Shown piece after piece: positions 1-14,200 of a stretch of DNA of 64,000 nt (the first letter of the stretch is position 1; every line of letters begins with the position of its first letter). A model generated the notes under the pieces. It made no database searches. It had not been told where the DNA came from and was given only the letters and a program-made list of their open reading frames with translations. The position numbers and the translations under genes are program-made. The DNA comes from Macrostomum lignano (lineage: Eukaryota): NCBI GenBank assembly GCA_002269645.1, contig NIVC01001514.1:124001-188000 (forward strand), given 5' to 3'.

Positions 1-1627
1 AGAATTTTCTGGAGCGCACGAGACTTGTTTGAGTCGCAGGCTCCCACTCCTCTTTTGTTTAACTTGAAACCACGCGAACTGCTTCAACCCTCCTCCCACA
101 GCCCCGCCAGTTCTTTTCGCCAACAATCTCAAAGCACTTTAAGCAGTCTCTTACAGCACGGGTGAGAACTCGTCTCGACTGTGTGTTAAGTATTGACCGG
201 CTGGCTCTGCCCAGCTTGTTCCCCTCTTCGGCATCAAGTTTTGTTATAATTTATTTCTAATAGTTACGAGTTACTTTCTGGATAGAATTGCAGACCAGGA
301 ATTGTCCCGAGAATTTTTGTTAGTTACTCTTGTACTTGAGTTCTGTCTCTTTTTCAGTCTACCTTTGACACTTTAAAACTCGTCGAAACTTACCGATCTT
401 GACTACTTTGTCTACTTTATCTACCTTTGTCTACTTTTGTAACTTGCCTAATTTTATACCTTATTTTATATCTACTTACCTACCTACTTTGTCCACTTTG
501 TCTATCTTGTCTACTTTGTATGCTATGCATACTTTATCTACTTAGTCTACTCTATCTACTTTGTCTACTTTATCTGCCTTGTCTACTTTATCTGCCTTGT
601 CTACTTTATCTACCTTTTCTACCTTATCTACTTAGGGTACTTTATCTACTCTGTCTAGTTTATCTACTTTCTCTATTCTATCTACTTTGTCTACTTTATC
701 TAATTAGTCTATTTTGAATACTATACATACATATTTACTTTATCTACTCTATCTGCTTTATCTACTTAGTCTAATTTATCTACTTTGTCCACTTTATCTA
801 CTACATCTACTTGTCTATCTTATAGAATTTTCTCAATAGAAAAAAGATCCAGCAGATTCAAAAAGCACTTCTACTCTTTATCCAATAGCTTCACTCAATT
901 TAGATTCTCTCCATCAAAGGAATGGAAAATTTATAGTTCTCTGTCAGCGAAGTTAATGACCTCAAAATGATTAGTTGCTAGGCCAGCTCAGCTGGGCCAG
1001 AAATAACCAGTACCGAAGAAAACTTCCCACAGTTGGCAGTTCCGCGATAGCCGCTTATCAGACACTGGGGACACACAATGTGGGATATTAAGAAGCTGGG
1101 CTACGGTCCATCAGAGTTGGCATTTTCACCTTGGGAAAATTCCTTTTTTTCTAAGCTCTGCTGGACATCCTCGGTGTTTTCTCTTCTAGCAGAACAAGGC
1201 GCGAAGTAAGTGCTGCTGGAGTCTGCCTGCCATCCCGGTCCCCGCAGACTGCTCGACCCGCCAACCCTGGCTTCTTTTTTTAGTTTCTTAATCCTTCCTC
1301 CACCGTGTCTGCCAGGGAACTTTCCCAGCCCTCTCTCTGCTTTTTCTCCCAGTAGCAGGTTGTTGCACAGTGTGAAACACAGGCAATGGCGCAGCCTCCA
1401 CAAGCTTCTGGACATTTCTTTTCACCCAGCAGCCGACCCCCCTTTCTTACAGTTTTCTCTCGCCTCTTTTGCCTTTCCCTCTTCATCTTCGTCATGCAGA
1501 CTCTCATTTCCCTCCTCTATCCAAGAGAGTCCCCCGCTTGCTCGCCTGGCCAGCTGCTAATTTCTTCTCTTAATCCGCTGGACATTCGGCGGTTTATATT
1601 GGACTCTTCGGCTTGCGAGCCATGCAC

Positions 1628-1819
<192 letters not shown>

Positions 1820-1928
1820 ATCTGGCAGTAGAAAGTCAGTGGAGCACAGGATGCCAGAGTTTCAGATTTAGAATTTATTTTTGCCTAGGAAAAGAATGCA
1901 CAGTAACTAAGATTGACGCGAGTAGGTT

Positions 1929-2060
1929 AGAGCCAGTCGGTTGTGCAGAGGGGAAGAAATGGCTGAAAAATCAGAGCCAGTGGGTTGTACAGAGGGGAAG
2001 AAATGGCTGAAAAATCAGAGCCAGTGGGTTGTGCAGAGGGGAAGAAATGGCTGAAAAATC
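1929..2060. repeat. ~43-bp tandem repeat x3
   Basis: AGAGCCAGTGGGTTGTRCAGAGGGGAAGAAATGGCTGAAAAATC. Confidence 0.85.
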
Positions 2061-2532
2061 GTCAACAAATTAAGGATATGATAGTATGCACACTACTGGT
2101 AAAATATTACGACAAGCCTATTTGAAAATTTCACTAAAATAGTATACATAGATAAGCATTTAATACTCGTAGCTATAACTTACTTCGTATTAATAAGCAA
2201 ATGACACTGATAGAGTAGACTGTGCAGTTTTAGGATTAAGTTGCATAGAGATAATATTCGCCAATATTCGTATCAAGCTGCTCCAGGTGACTTCAACAGT
2301 GGCCAAGATCGATAATGGGACGCAAACTCGTACAACCCACTGTTTGATCGGTTTGGGCAAAGAAACTCTCCTTTTATGAGCTATGAATTCCAATGCTTTC
2401 TTTGATTTTTTTGACAGCTGGGTGTAGAGTTTTACAGGCAGATATGCAGTGACGTAAAACATTATTATAAGCGGTAGAGTACTAAAGTATGCTCTGCTAT
2501 GAAGATAAGAGTGTATTGTTTTTGCATCGTGA

Positions 2533-3850
2533 CAGGTTCGGGTCATTTATAGGACAGTTCGGGTCATCTATAGGACAGTTCGGGTCATCTATAGGACAGT
2601 TCGGGTCATTTATAGGACAGTTCGGGTCATCTATAGGACAGTTCGGGTCATTTATAGGACAGTTCGGGTCATTCATAGGACAGTTCGGGTCATTCATGGG
2701 ACAGTTCGGGTCATTCATAGGACAGTTCGGGTCATTCATAGGACAGTTCGGGTCATTCATAGGACAGTTCGGGTCATTTATAGGACAGTTCGGGTCATTT
2801 ATAGGACAGTTCGGGTCATTTATAGGACAGTTCGGGTCATTTATAGGACAGTTCGGGTCATTCATAGGACAGTTCGGGTCATTCATAGGACAGTTCGGGT
2901 CATTCATAGGACAGTTCGGGTCATTCATAGGACAGTTCGGGTCATCTATAGGACAGTTCGGGTCATTTATAGGACAGTTCGGGTCATTCATAGGACAGTT
3001 CGGGTCATTTATAGGACAGTTCGGGTCATTCATGGGACAGTTCGGGTCATTCATAGGACAGTTCGGGTCATTCATAGGACAGTTCGGGTCATTTATAGGA
3101 CAGTTCGGGTCATTCATGGGACAGTTCGGGTCATTCATGGGACAGTTCGGGTCATTCATGGGACAGTTCGGGTCATTCATGGGACAGTTCGGGTCATTCA
3201 TGGGACAGTTCGGGTCATTCATGGGACAGTTCGGGTCATTCATGGGACAGTTCGGGTCATTCATGGGACAGTTCGGGCCATTCATGGGACAGTTCGGGTC
3301 ATTTATAGGACAGTTCGGGTCATTCATAGGACAGTTCGGGTCATTCATAGGACAGTTCGGGTCATTCATGGGACAGTTCGGGTCATTCATGGGACAGTTC
3401 GGGTCATTCATAGGACAGTTCGGGTCATTCATAGGACAGTTCGGGTCATTCATGGGACAGTTCGGGTCATTCATAGGACAGTTCGGGTCATTCATGGGAC
3501 AGTTCGGGTCATTCATAGGACAGTTCGGGTCATTCATGGGACAGTTCGGGTCATTCATGGGACAGTTCGGGTCATTCATAGGACAGTTCGGGTCATTCAT
3601 GGGACAGTTCGGGTCATTCATGGGACAGTTCGGGTCATTCATGGGACAGTTCGGGTCATTCATGGGACAGTTCGGGTCATTCATGGGACAGTTCGGGTCA
3701 TTCATGGGACAGTTCGGGTCATTCGGGTCATAGGACAGTTGGGGTCATAGAACAGTTGGGGTCATAGAACAGTTGGGGTCATAGAACAGTTGGGGTCATA
3801 GAACAGTTGGGGTCATAGAACAGTTGGGGTCATAGAACAGTTGTGGTCAT
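2533..3850. repeat. 21-bp minisatellite (~57 units) switching to a 17-bp derivative at ~3732
   Basis: GGACAGTTCGGGTCATTYATR, then TAGAACAGTTGGGGTCA. Confidence 0.95.
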
Positions 3851-3969
3851 AGGTCATAGACGCAGGTCATAAACGGCAGAGTCTAAGCTACTTACACAGC
3901 ACAAGCAAATAAAATAATGTAATCATTTTGACATCGCTCTATTTTTTAAAGATAAGGTTAGCCACTCGA

Positions 3970-5303
3970 TCACGAGTCCAGACAGTCTCTGTGCACCTGA
4001 GCGCTCAGCTCCAAGGTGTTGTTAAGCGGCTTGGACTCTTCATCGTCTGGTTCCTCGGCTGAGCAGTTCTCATCCGCTCGCTGGCTCAGCGCCGCTGCGG
4101 CTTCTCGCCGCCGATCCTGAGCTGACAACGGCTCACCATCGGTGGCCTCCACCGACGAATTCGATTTCGGGCGCTTCGCCGACGCGCCCTCACCGTTGAC
4201 TTCGCCGTCTTCGCCGTCGTCATCGCCCTCACCGTCGCCATCGCCGTCGCCACCGTCGCCGTGAGCCGCCCGGACGCGGTTGACGCCGGTGGCGAGGGCG
4301 CGCGTGTCCCAGTTGTGATTGTCTCGCCGGGTTTTCGGTTTCAACTGGATTCCAAGAAACTTGGCGAAGGCCTGCCGGAAATTCTCGGACAGGAAGGCGT
4401 ACAGGATGGGGTTGACGCAGCTGTTCATGTAGGCCAGCATCTGTGAGCCCGCCTGCAGGTAGCGGAACCAGTCGTCCTCGAAGTCTTTGTACCACATCTG
4501 CAAGGCGAACACCACGTGGATGGGCAGCCAGCAGGTGCCGAAGATCACGATGACGATGACAACCATGCGGGTGACTCGGCGCTTCGACCTGGCCGCTTCG
4601 CCGGACTTCGAGACGCCGGCGGCGCGGCCGCAGGTGAGCTTCCTCACCAGCAGGGCGTACAGGGTGATGATGACCAGGAACGGCAGCAGGTAGCCCAGCA
4701 GGCCGAACAGGGTGTAGAACAGCTTGCCAGAAGCGCTGAAGCCGCCGAACTCGTCAAGGAAGCGCCTGTTAGCGCAGATGTCGAGCGGCCTGACGCTGAA
4801 GTTGTCCACCGGCAGCTGCCCATGTTGATGACGCCGACGTCGACAGCGAACGGAACGTGACAGACGCTGATCAGCAGCCAGGTGGCGGCAACGGCGATGA
4901 GGGTGTTGCGCTGGTTGCGCAGGCCGATGCTCCGGATGGGGTGCACCACGGCCAGGTACCGGTCGGCGCTCATCAGCACCAGGGTGTACACGCTGCCGTA
5001 CACCGGTACGTAGGTGAAGTACTGGAACAGCACGCAGGCAGCGTGGCCGAACACCCAGCCCATGATGTACACCAGAACGGTTGGCGGGACGCAGAATATG
5101 ATGAATAACAGATCGGCTATGGCCAATGATGTGATCAATATGTTTGTGGTGTTTCGCATGTGATTGTTGGCCACTATCACCGTGATCACTAGCAGGTTGC
5201 CGAAGAAGCCAAGGAGTACAACCAGACTGAACAGTACTGTGACCGTGGCCACGAACATGTGGGTGGTGCAGTAGGTCACATTGTGAGCTGCAGTCTCGTT
5301 CAT
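3970..5303 (-). CDS. Allatostatin-A / galanin receptor-like class A GPCR, intronless, ~444 aa if the 1-nt frameshift near 4819-4821 is corrected
   Basis: ORF 4644-5303 gives TM1-TM4 (GFFGNLLVITVIVANNHMRNTTNILITSLAIADLLFIIFCVP; YTLVLMSADRYLAVVHP). The 3' part of ORF 3970-5808 gives TM5-TM7 (LFGLLGYLLPFLVII; KRRVTRMVVIVIVIFGTCWLP; LAYMNSCVNPILYAFLSENFRQAF). These motifs are characteristic of AstA/galanin receptors. ATG 5301-5303 to TGA 3970-3972 is 1334 nt, one short of a multiple of 3. Confidence 0.9.
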
Positions 5304-5346
5304 GGCGCTGAGATGCCTGTTTGGTGAGGTGGGCAGTAGTCATGTG

Positions 5347-5762
<416 letters not shown>

Positions 5763-6158
5763 CAAAAGGAAAGAAGTATATAGCAGCCACATAACGAGTA
5801 TAAATCACAATCTCTATTTATCTTATAAATGTTTTACTCGGTAAAGGGTCAAACTCATTCATCTAGTCTTCTCTTCCCTGAGCACAGATTTCCAGGTGCA
5901 AGGTGTGAACTCTCCGCGATCACTTCCATCCATCAACTGCAGTTCCCGCACGGCAGGTAAACATGGGAGGGCCTTCATCAAGTTTGCGTGGCAAGACATA
6001 GCTACTCAAATTTGGTTTCAGTTTGATCCCGAAGCTGCAGCTGGGCTAGGAGAAGGCAGTTGCAAGAGTGTGGACAGAAATGGGGGTTGTGCCAGAGGCT
6101 GAACTGATGGCGCAAGAGATAACAGAGAAGTAGCAAGAATGGCATTTGAGAAGTCAAA

Positions 6159-6690
6159 AATGGTATCACAGAAGGCAGAATGGCATCACAGAAGGCAGAA
6201 TGGCATCACAGAAGGCAGAATGGCATCACAGAAGGCAGAATGGCATCACAGAAGGCAGAATGGCATCACAGAAGGCAGAATGGCATCACAGAAGGCAGAA
6301 TGGCATCACAGAAGGCAGAATGGCATCACAGAAGGCAGAATGGCATCACAGAAGGCAGAATGGCATCACAGAAGGCAGAATGGCATCAAAGAAGGCAGAA
6401 TGGCATCACAAAAGGCAGAATGGCATCACAGAAGGCAGAATGGCAACACAGAAGGCAGAATGGCATCACAGAAGGCAGAATGGCATCACAGAAGGCAGAA
6501 TGGCATCACAGAAGGCAGAATGGCATCAAAGAAGGCAGAATGGCATCACAAAAGGCAGAATGGCATCACAGAAGGCAGAATGGCATCACAAAAGGCAGAA
6601 TGGCATCACAGAAGGCAGAATGGCAACACAGAAGGCAGAATGGCATCACAGAAGGCAGAATGGCATCACAGAAGGCAGAATGGCATAAGA
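6159..6690. repeat. 20-bp minisatellite
   Basis: TGGCATCACAGAAGGCAGAA, ~26 units. Confidence 0.95.
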
Positions 6691-7072
6691 GAAGGCCAAT
6701 GGTTCCGAGAGAAAGGATTTGCACGGCCATCAGTGGTAGTGAAATCCACCTTAGCAACAAAATTCCAACGGATGCATTGCAGTTTGACTTTTGGCCCTTG
6801 TGCCTGGCGAGTTCCAGATGGGAATTGTATTTCCAGAGACACTGGCTGGCTTCCTAACGTTAGCGACCAAGCACAGCTGCCACTGACCCTAGCCAGCAGT
6901 AAATTTTCTTTGGGGCAAGATTTTCTAACTAGCAAATGTAATAAAATAATTTGTACTGGCAACCCTTGCTGCTGTAATTATGACCTTTGTTAGACTCGCA
7001 AGCCGTTCAGTGACCCAGAAACTAGAAGGGCACTTTTAAGTAGCCAGGTGTTTAGGGATTTTTTTCAGTAAA

Positions 7073-7727
7073 TTCCACCTCTGGTGAATATAGTGAACTT
7101 CAGCCTCACCTGTGGTGAATATAGTGGGTTTCAGCCCCACCTCTGGTGAATACAGTGAGGTTTCAGCCTCACCTGTGGTGAATACAGTGAGGTTTCAGCC
7201 TCACCTGTGGTGAATACAGTGGGTTTCAGCCTCACCTGTGGTGAATACAGTGAGGTTTCAGCCTCACCTGTGGTGAATATAGTGGGCTTCAGCCTCACCT
7301 GTGGTGAATATGGTGGGCTTCAGCCTCACCTGTGGTGAATTTGTGGGTTTTAGGCTCACCTGTGGTGAATATAGTGGGTTTCAGCCCCACTTGTGGTGAA
7401 TAGAGTGGGTTTCAGCCTCACCTGTGGTGAATACAGTGAAGTTTCAGCCTCACCTGTGGTGAATACAGTGAGGTTTCAGCCTCACCTGTGGTGAATACAG
7501 TGGGTTTCAGCCTCACCTGTGGTGAATATGGTGGGCTTCAGCCTCACCTGTGGTGAATATGGTGGGCTTCAGCCTCACCTGTGGTGAATATGGTGGGCTT
7601 CAGCCTCACCTGTGGTGAATATGGTGGGCTTCAGCCTCACCTGTGGTGAATTTGTGGGTTTTAGGCTCACCTGTGGTGAATAGAGTGGGTTTCAGCCTCA
7701 CCTGTGGTGAATTTGTGGGTTTTAGGC
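7073..7727. repeat. 31-32-bp minisatellite with an internal TCACC-TGT-GGTGA hairpin
   Basis: CCTCACCTGTGGTGAATAYAGTGRGGTTTCAG. Confidence 0.9.
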
Positions 7728-8099
7728 CCCAAAATTCATAAACCGAGACTTGAAATGAAAGTTTATAGTCAGTTCAGGAGAGGCAGGAAAAGTTAATATT
7801 ACCTACACCGTAATTGAAAGAGAATATTTTTGCGGCAAAGAATCCAAATGCTAGTGGCCATCAATGCCGTTAGTCTGCACCGCACTAACAGCACACGGGC
7901 CAGAGCTGTCTCTCTAGGATGCTAATTAGGAAATTATCCCATAACTCTTACGCTTCTCGGATGAGGGAGGCAGGTTAGACACAGAGACAGACAGACAGAC
8001 AGAGATGTCAAGTGTCTCATTGTGTGACAGCTGGCTTCTGTTCACAATTAATGGCCTCGCAATGGAAAACCTTTCAACCTCCCTCTCGTTATGCCCCAG

Positions 8100-8971
8100 A
8101 CTCCGACTTCCCTCTCATCTGCCCTGTGCTGCTGGCTTCTAAATAATGGCACACGAAAACAGTCGGTAAGTATTCTTTTATTTCTGCATTGCCGCCAGAC
8201 TCACTCTTGCAGTGTTCTGGCTTCGCTTCTTTACTTCCCATGTCACTGTCTCACGTGTCAACCCTTCCACATCTCTCTGGTCACCCCTCCCCATCTCTCT
8301 GGTCACCCCTTCCTCATCTCTCTGGTCACCCCCTTCCCCATCTCTCTGGTCACCCCTTTCCCATCTCTCTGGTCACCCCTTTCCCATCTCTCTGGTCACC
8401 CCTTTCCCATCTCTCTGGTCACCCCTTCCCCATCTCTCTGGTCCAGAGAGATGACACAGAGTCACGTGACACAGAGTGCCGTGAGTATTCTGTACCTATT
8501 TGGCCTCTGCACAAGAGACTGCATGTTTCTAGAATGGTTGATTGAAACACTAAAGATCATCATCCGCTCACTCTATCATTATCAACTCACTCTAACATGA
8601 TCTCAGGAAATTGCAGACTGCCCCATCTAATCTATACAGTTATGAGAGCAGGCCACACACATGTATTATCATCTGTCTGTCTGCTGCAAGGGGCAGCAAC
8701 ATTGGCAGGAAAATCGAAGCACTTGAAACATCCCAGCCCCAGAGCAATCTCCATGATTGAAGGGTGCACTGGGTCGGGTCCGAGGGTTTTCCAAGAAATC
8801 ACTGAGCTGACAGGACTTTCAGGCAAAAAAATTTTCGGCTCCAATACCCCACTGGCCCGGAAATTGAAGCCGAGTGAGAGCGATGCCGATTCTCCCCAGA
8901 GAGGAGAAAGGGGAGGAAGCAGGAGACAAGAAAGCTACAATCTTGGAGCGCTGACTAAGTGCGGCTTTTGA
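8100..8971 (+). CDS. Possible 3' exons of an unidentified gene (8100-8165, 8447-8480, 8691-8971)
   Basis: Donors TCG|GTAAGT (8166) and GCC|GTGAGT (8481) and acceptors CAG| (8447) and AAG| (8691) join in frame to give ...SALCCWLLNNGTRKQSRDDTESRDTECRAATLAGK...LTKCGF*. No recognisable domain, so it could be chance. Confidence 0.25.
8268..8442. repeat. ~22-bp minisatellite
   Basis: CATCTCTCTGGTCACCCCTTCC. Confidence 0.85.
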
Positions 8972-9769
8972 GCAGCCGGAGTACTGGGCTGTAATTGAGG
9001 CCTGATTAGCATGGACTCACGCTATGCTCAAGCTCGCCAATCACGGAGGCCAAACCGCAGACTCCACTGCCCCCTAGTGACCCCCCAGCCTCTCTCCTTC
9101 ATCCCTTCTCTTGGTGCGCGACCAAAAGCGCTTCAAGAAGTTCGAGGAGCAGAGAAACTCGACACCAAATTTATGCAGTCAGCAAGCAGAGTTTTGCAGT
9201 GCAGCCTTCGTCAGGAATAAAACGTCAAGGAAAAGGCAGAGAAGAACGGGCCGCAAAGTTTCAGAACTCAGATGTACTGAGCTAGATAAAGCGCTTTTTT
9301 TCTCCATGGCTGAACACATCATGCTGGCCATTTGATTCAATTGCTTCAACCCCGTGACCAACGCCTGGCTACGCGGGAGCCAAATTTGCCTTTTTTATTC
9401 GTTCCTTATGGCTCGCGCCTCGGGGGGGGGGAGGGCTTTTTCCTGCTTGGCTGGCCAGCTAAATCTTGTTCAGAAAGGGAGAAGAATGAAAAGTAGAGTC
9501 ATGTCAAAGAGATATCTAGAGAAGGGGGGTAGAAATCGGTCACGTGGAGACTTTTTCAGTCGCACTTAATCTTATTCTGTGGGCATCTTTGCCAAGTCGA
9601 GGTTCCGCGTTTTTAGCTAGCCACGCAGTTTGTTGCTGGCACCAACTTTACTGACTAAAAGGTAGCACTAATCACTGGTGTACTTTTGCCTGCTGCCTTC
9701 AGTGCATCAATTCATGCATTAAAATGATAGTGGTTTGAAAGAGATATCTAGCTATAGAGTTAGAGAGTC

Positions 9770-10230
9770 AGATGGTGACTGTGAGAGTGAGATGGTCACT
9801 GAGAGGGTGAGATGGTCACTGAGAAAATGAGATGGTCACTGAGAGAGTGAAATGGTCACTGAGACGGTGAGATGGTCACTGATATGGTCACTGAGAGAGT
9901 GAGGTGGTCACTGAGAGGGTGAGATGGTCACTGAGATGGTCACTGAGACGGTGAGATGGTCACTGATATGGTCACTGAGAGAGTGAGATGGTCACTGAGA
10001 TGCTCACTGAGAGAGTGAGGTGGTCACTGAGAGGGTGAGATGGTCACTGAGATGGTCACTGAGAGAGTGAGATGGTCACTGAGATGCTCACTGAGAGAGT
10101 GAGATGGTCACTGAGATGCTCACTGAGAGAGTGAGATGCTCACTGAGAGAGTGAGATGGTCACTGAGAGAGTGAGATGCTCACTGAGAGAGTGAGATGCT
10201 CACTGAGAGAGTGAGATGCTCACTGAGAGA
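9770..10230. repeat. Minisatellite of GAGATGGTCACT-based units (12-20 bp)
   Basis: GAGAGTGAGATGGTCACTGA variants. Confidence 0.9.
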
Positions 10231-10635
10231 CCAGTGAGAGGTGGCCAAAAAAACGTTTAGCAGCTTGCAGATGCGGTTGGTGTACAATGCTAGACGCGGC
10301 AACGCTCTCAAGGCTACAGTCTCAATCAATTAAGTTGACTTATCCTACAGCATACCCTCTCTTCTCTGCCCTGAGATGGAGAGAGTTCTAGAACCGCTGT
10401 TGTAGCAATGGAGAGCGGAAGAAGCTGGCTGAGTTATTGTCAAGTGGCCCGCACGTTTGAAAGCAGTCTAATGAACCTTACTCGAAGTGCGTTTCGTAAA
10501 ATTGTACTTGAAGCATCCCACCAACCGCATAGCAACAAAGATCAAAAAGCAAAGCACCGCTTGGCAATGGCTATAAACATCTAGAGTTGGATAACTTTAC
10601 GCCTTGTCCGACTGGAATTACGCCGCAAACATTAA

Positions 10636-10795
10636 TTGCTTTGTTGCTATGCGGAATTCTTTGCTGCTATGCGGAAATCTCCGTTGCTATGCGGAAATTT
10701 TTGTTGCTATGCGGAAATCTCAGTCGCTATGCGGATCTTTGTTGCTATGTGGAAATATCTGTTGCCATGCGGAAATTTTTGTTTCTATGCGGAAG
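10636..10795. repeat. Degenerate 20-bp minisatellite
   Basis: TTGTTGCTATGCGGAAAT-based units. Confidence 0.75.
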
Positions 10796-10934
10796 TTGCT
10801 TAAAAATATCTGCAATAACGAGAAGTAAAACTCTTGTTTCTATGCAAGAAATCTCTATGCAAACTGTCCATTGGCATAGGATAAGCGCTAGTAAATATAT
10901 ACGCGTTTTGTATCCGGGGGCAAAGCACCGATAC

Positions 10935-10980
<46 letters not shown>

Positions 10981-11934
10981 TGTTTGGCTTCAATTTGTCG
11001 CTTCCGTGATCAGCCCCCATAGTGACTGGCTCAATGGAGCGAGTCGCCAGTCAGAGGCGCCAGAGGATAAATGGAGAGGCAGGGAAAGAAGGGATCGACA
11101 TGCCCGGGGACTCAAGTTTTGCAAAAAAACCTTCCTTCGTCCTCAGTCAGTTTCTGTAAAAAGGCTTTCCTTGTCCGGGCTCTAACCCACCTATTTTGGC
11201 AGCGATGCAGCATTATTGAGAAGGGCTTCTAGGAAATGACTGAACTAGTCTGTGCTTCTTTTCAAAGTCGACTCTTCTGAAATGATTTATTATGTTTACG
11301 ACTGTGTTAAAAGTAAAATAGGAGCGTGAAGTCACACATGGTCTGTAGTAACTGCTTTGAACACTTTTTGAATCGAAACAGCGAGAGAAACAGAAAGGTG
11401 AGAAGATAGGAGAGAGAGAAGGGAGAGATGGTATAGAAACAAGAGGGGAGTGATAGTGAGAAATAGGGTGAGAGAGGGTAAGAGAGAGGGTGATAGAGGG
11501 TGAGAAAGAGTGAGAGAGGGTGGGAGAGTGTGAGAGAGGGTGAGAGGGGGTGAGAGAGGGTGAGAGAGGATGAGGGGAGAGATGAAGCAGGTGATCTCTT
11601 GTTAAGCCGCAAACCCTTAGCTTGTTACCAGAACAGCCCAGGTTACTTCAGCTTTCAGCTTTGGATCAGCTAATCAAGCTTATCGAATTTTCGGAGGCGC
11701 TTCCACACCTGCTAAGCCGCTTACCTGCCCAACTGATTCAATTAGCCATATTGGATGGCCTTTTGTCTCGCACTCTTCATTTGCAGATTCGAAATTTTGA
11801 TTCAAAAGGGCGGAAGCTGGGCAAGAGGAATTTTTGTAAGTGAGACTGAAAATTGGACAGGTAGAGAAGGAGATAAGTAATTGCGTTGCAACTTTGAATA
11901 GAGACTGTCTGAGACGAGTATGTGAGACAGCAAT

Positions 11935-13022
11935 CTGAGGGACTCTGAGCGGGTCCTGGGGAATTCGGGGTTGAGAGGGACTCTGAGGGGGTCCTGGGCG
12001 AATTCGGGGTTGAGAGGGACTCTGAGGGGGTCCTGGGCGAATTCGGGGTTGTGAGGGACTCTGAGGGGTTGTGAGGGACTCTTAGGGGTTGTGAGGGACT
12101 CTTAGGGGTTGTGAGGTACTCTTAGGGGTTGTGAGGTACTCTTAGGGGTTGTGAGGGACTCTTAGGGGTTGTGAGGTACTCTTAGGGGTTGTGAGGTACT
12201 CTTAGGGGTTGTGAGGTACTCTGAGGGGTTGTGAGGTACTCTTAGGGGTCCTGGGGGAATTCGGGGTTGTGAGGGACTCTGAGGGGTTGTGAGGGACTCT
12301 TAGGGGTTGTGAGGGACTCTTAGGGGTCCTGGGGGAATTCGGGGTTGTGAGGGACTCTGAGGGGTTGTGAGGGACTCTTAGGGGTCCTGGGGGAATTTGG
12401 GGTTGTGAGGGAATTTGGGGTTGTGAGGGAATCTGAGGGGTTGTGAGGGACTCTGAGGGGTTGTGAAGGACTCTGAAGGGGTCCTGGGGGAATTTGGAGT
12501 TGTGAGGAAATCTGAGGGGTTGTGAGGAATTCTGAGGGGTTCTGAGGAAATCTGAAATCTGAAAGATCTCAGAAATCTGAAACAGTCTGAGGGAATCTGA
12601 GGGAATCAGAGAAATCTGAGACAGTCTGGGGGAATCTGAGAGAATCAGAGAAATCTGAGACAGTCTGAGGGAATTTGAGAGAATCAGTGAAATCTGAGAC
12701 AGTCTGAGGGAATCTGAGAGAATCAGAGAATTCTGAGACAGTCTGGGGGAATCTGAGAGAATCAGAGAAATCTGAGGGAATCTGAGGGAATCAGAGAAAT
12801 CTGAGACAGTCTGAGGGAATCTGAGAGAATCAGAGAAATCTGAGACAGTCTGAGGGAATCTGAGAGAATCAGAGAAATCTGAGACAGTCTGGGGAATCTG
12901 AGAGAATCAGAGAAATCTGAGGGAATCTGAGGGAATCAGAGAAATCTGAGACAATCTGAGGGAATCTGAGAGAATCAGAGAAATCTGAGACAGTCTGAGG
13001 GAATCTGAGAGAATCAGAGAAT
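11935..13022. repeat. Two abutting minisatellites (GGGGTTGTGAGGGACTCTKA-type, then GAAATCTGAGACAGTCTGAGGG-type)
   Basis: Unit type changes gradually around 12540-12600. Confidence 0.9.
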
Positions 13023-13584
13023 TTACGCAAACACGCGAAAGACGTCTAAATAACAGAAAATAGAAACTTCAGACAGAACCCGTGAGAAGCAAGTCGATCT
13101 AACTAATGAAAAATTCCTATTTAACATCGGTTCCAAGAGGCAGGACAGACTGCAAATTCCTCCCAGAGACGGGAAGAGGAGGCTTCTGGCAGCGGGTCCG
13201 CGCGCGCGTGGACTTGGATGGAGCATTAATCATAAATGAAACTGTTAGGCAGCGCTGCAAATTTCTTTCCTGTTTGAGTCTGAATCGAACGGCTCTCCGT
13301 TATACTGAGAGGTTCCGGCTTCCTGGACTCGCCCTGTTTGACTGGCAACTTTTTTTTAATTCCACTACACTACCATAGTGTCTGATAACGAGTCCGCTAG
13401 AGCTGAGAGCGATACCTGCGTACCCCAGTGCTGGAACTTCCTTTTATAGGAGAATGAAGCGCTTTTATTTTATCCCGTTTCATTTCTCTGCCACTCTCTC
13501 TCATTACGGTCGATACTGTGCCACTTGAATCAGGGGACCGCTGTGTTGGTATATAGTAGTCTCAGAATTAGAGGTCTAGTTTAA

Positions 13585-14200
13585 CCAGCAGATATTCTAG
13601 TTCATCCAGAAGATATTCGAGTTTATCCAGCAGATATTCTAGTTTATCCTAATGCACCTAGATATTTTAGTTTACCCCATAGATATTCTAGTTTATCCCA
13701 TAGATTTTCTAGTTTACCCCATAGATATTCTAGTTTATCCCATAGATTTTCTAGTTTACCCCATAGATATTCTAGTTTATCCCATAGATTTTCTAGTTTA
13801 CCCCATAGATATTCTAGTTTATCCCATAGATTTTCTAGTTTACCCCATAGATATTCTAGTTTATCCCATAGATATTCTAGTTTACCCCATAGATATTCTA
13901 GTTTATCCCATAGATTTTCTAGTTTACCCCATAGATATTCTAGTTTATCCCATAGATTTTCTAGTTTACCCCATAGATATTCTAGTTTATCTCATAGATA
14001 TTCTAGTTTATCTCATAGATATTCTAGTTTATCTCATAGATATTCTAGTTTACCCCATAGATATTCTAGTTTATCCAGTAGATTTTCTAGTTTACCCCAT
14101 AGATATTCTAGTTTACCCCATAGATATTCTAGTTTACCCCATAGATATTCTAGTTTATCCCATAGATATTCTAGTTTATCCCATAGATATTCTAGTTTAC
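13585..14200. repeat. 21-bp minisatellite
   Basis: ATAGATWTTCTAGTTTAYCCC. Confidence 0.95.

Noticed and set aside
1-1560. Short ORFs and open stretches at the window start (e.g. 1101-1415, 1280-1507)
   Set aside because: No recognisable motifs or consistent splice chain; 400-800 is low-complexity CTACTTT sequence.
7073-7727. CRISPR-like array (31-32-bp units with an internal hairpin)
   Set aside because: Units abut directly with no unique spacers, there are no cas genes, and the context is eukaryotic. The same applies to all other arrays.
11621-11843. Leu-rich ORF 11622-11843 and a competing - strand exon candidate (~11725-11816)
   Set aside because: Both strands have plausible splice sites, but there is no recognisable domain or linkable neighbour, so neither can be supported.
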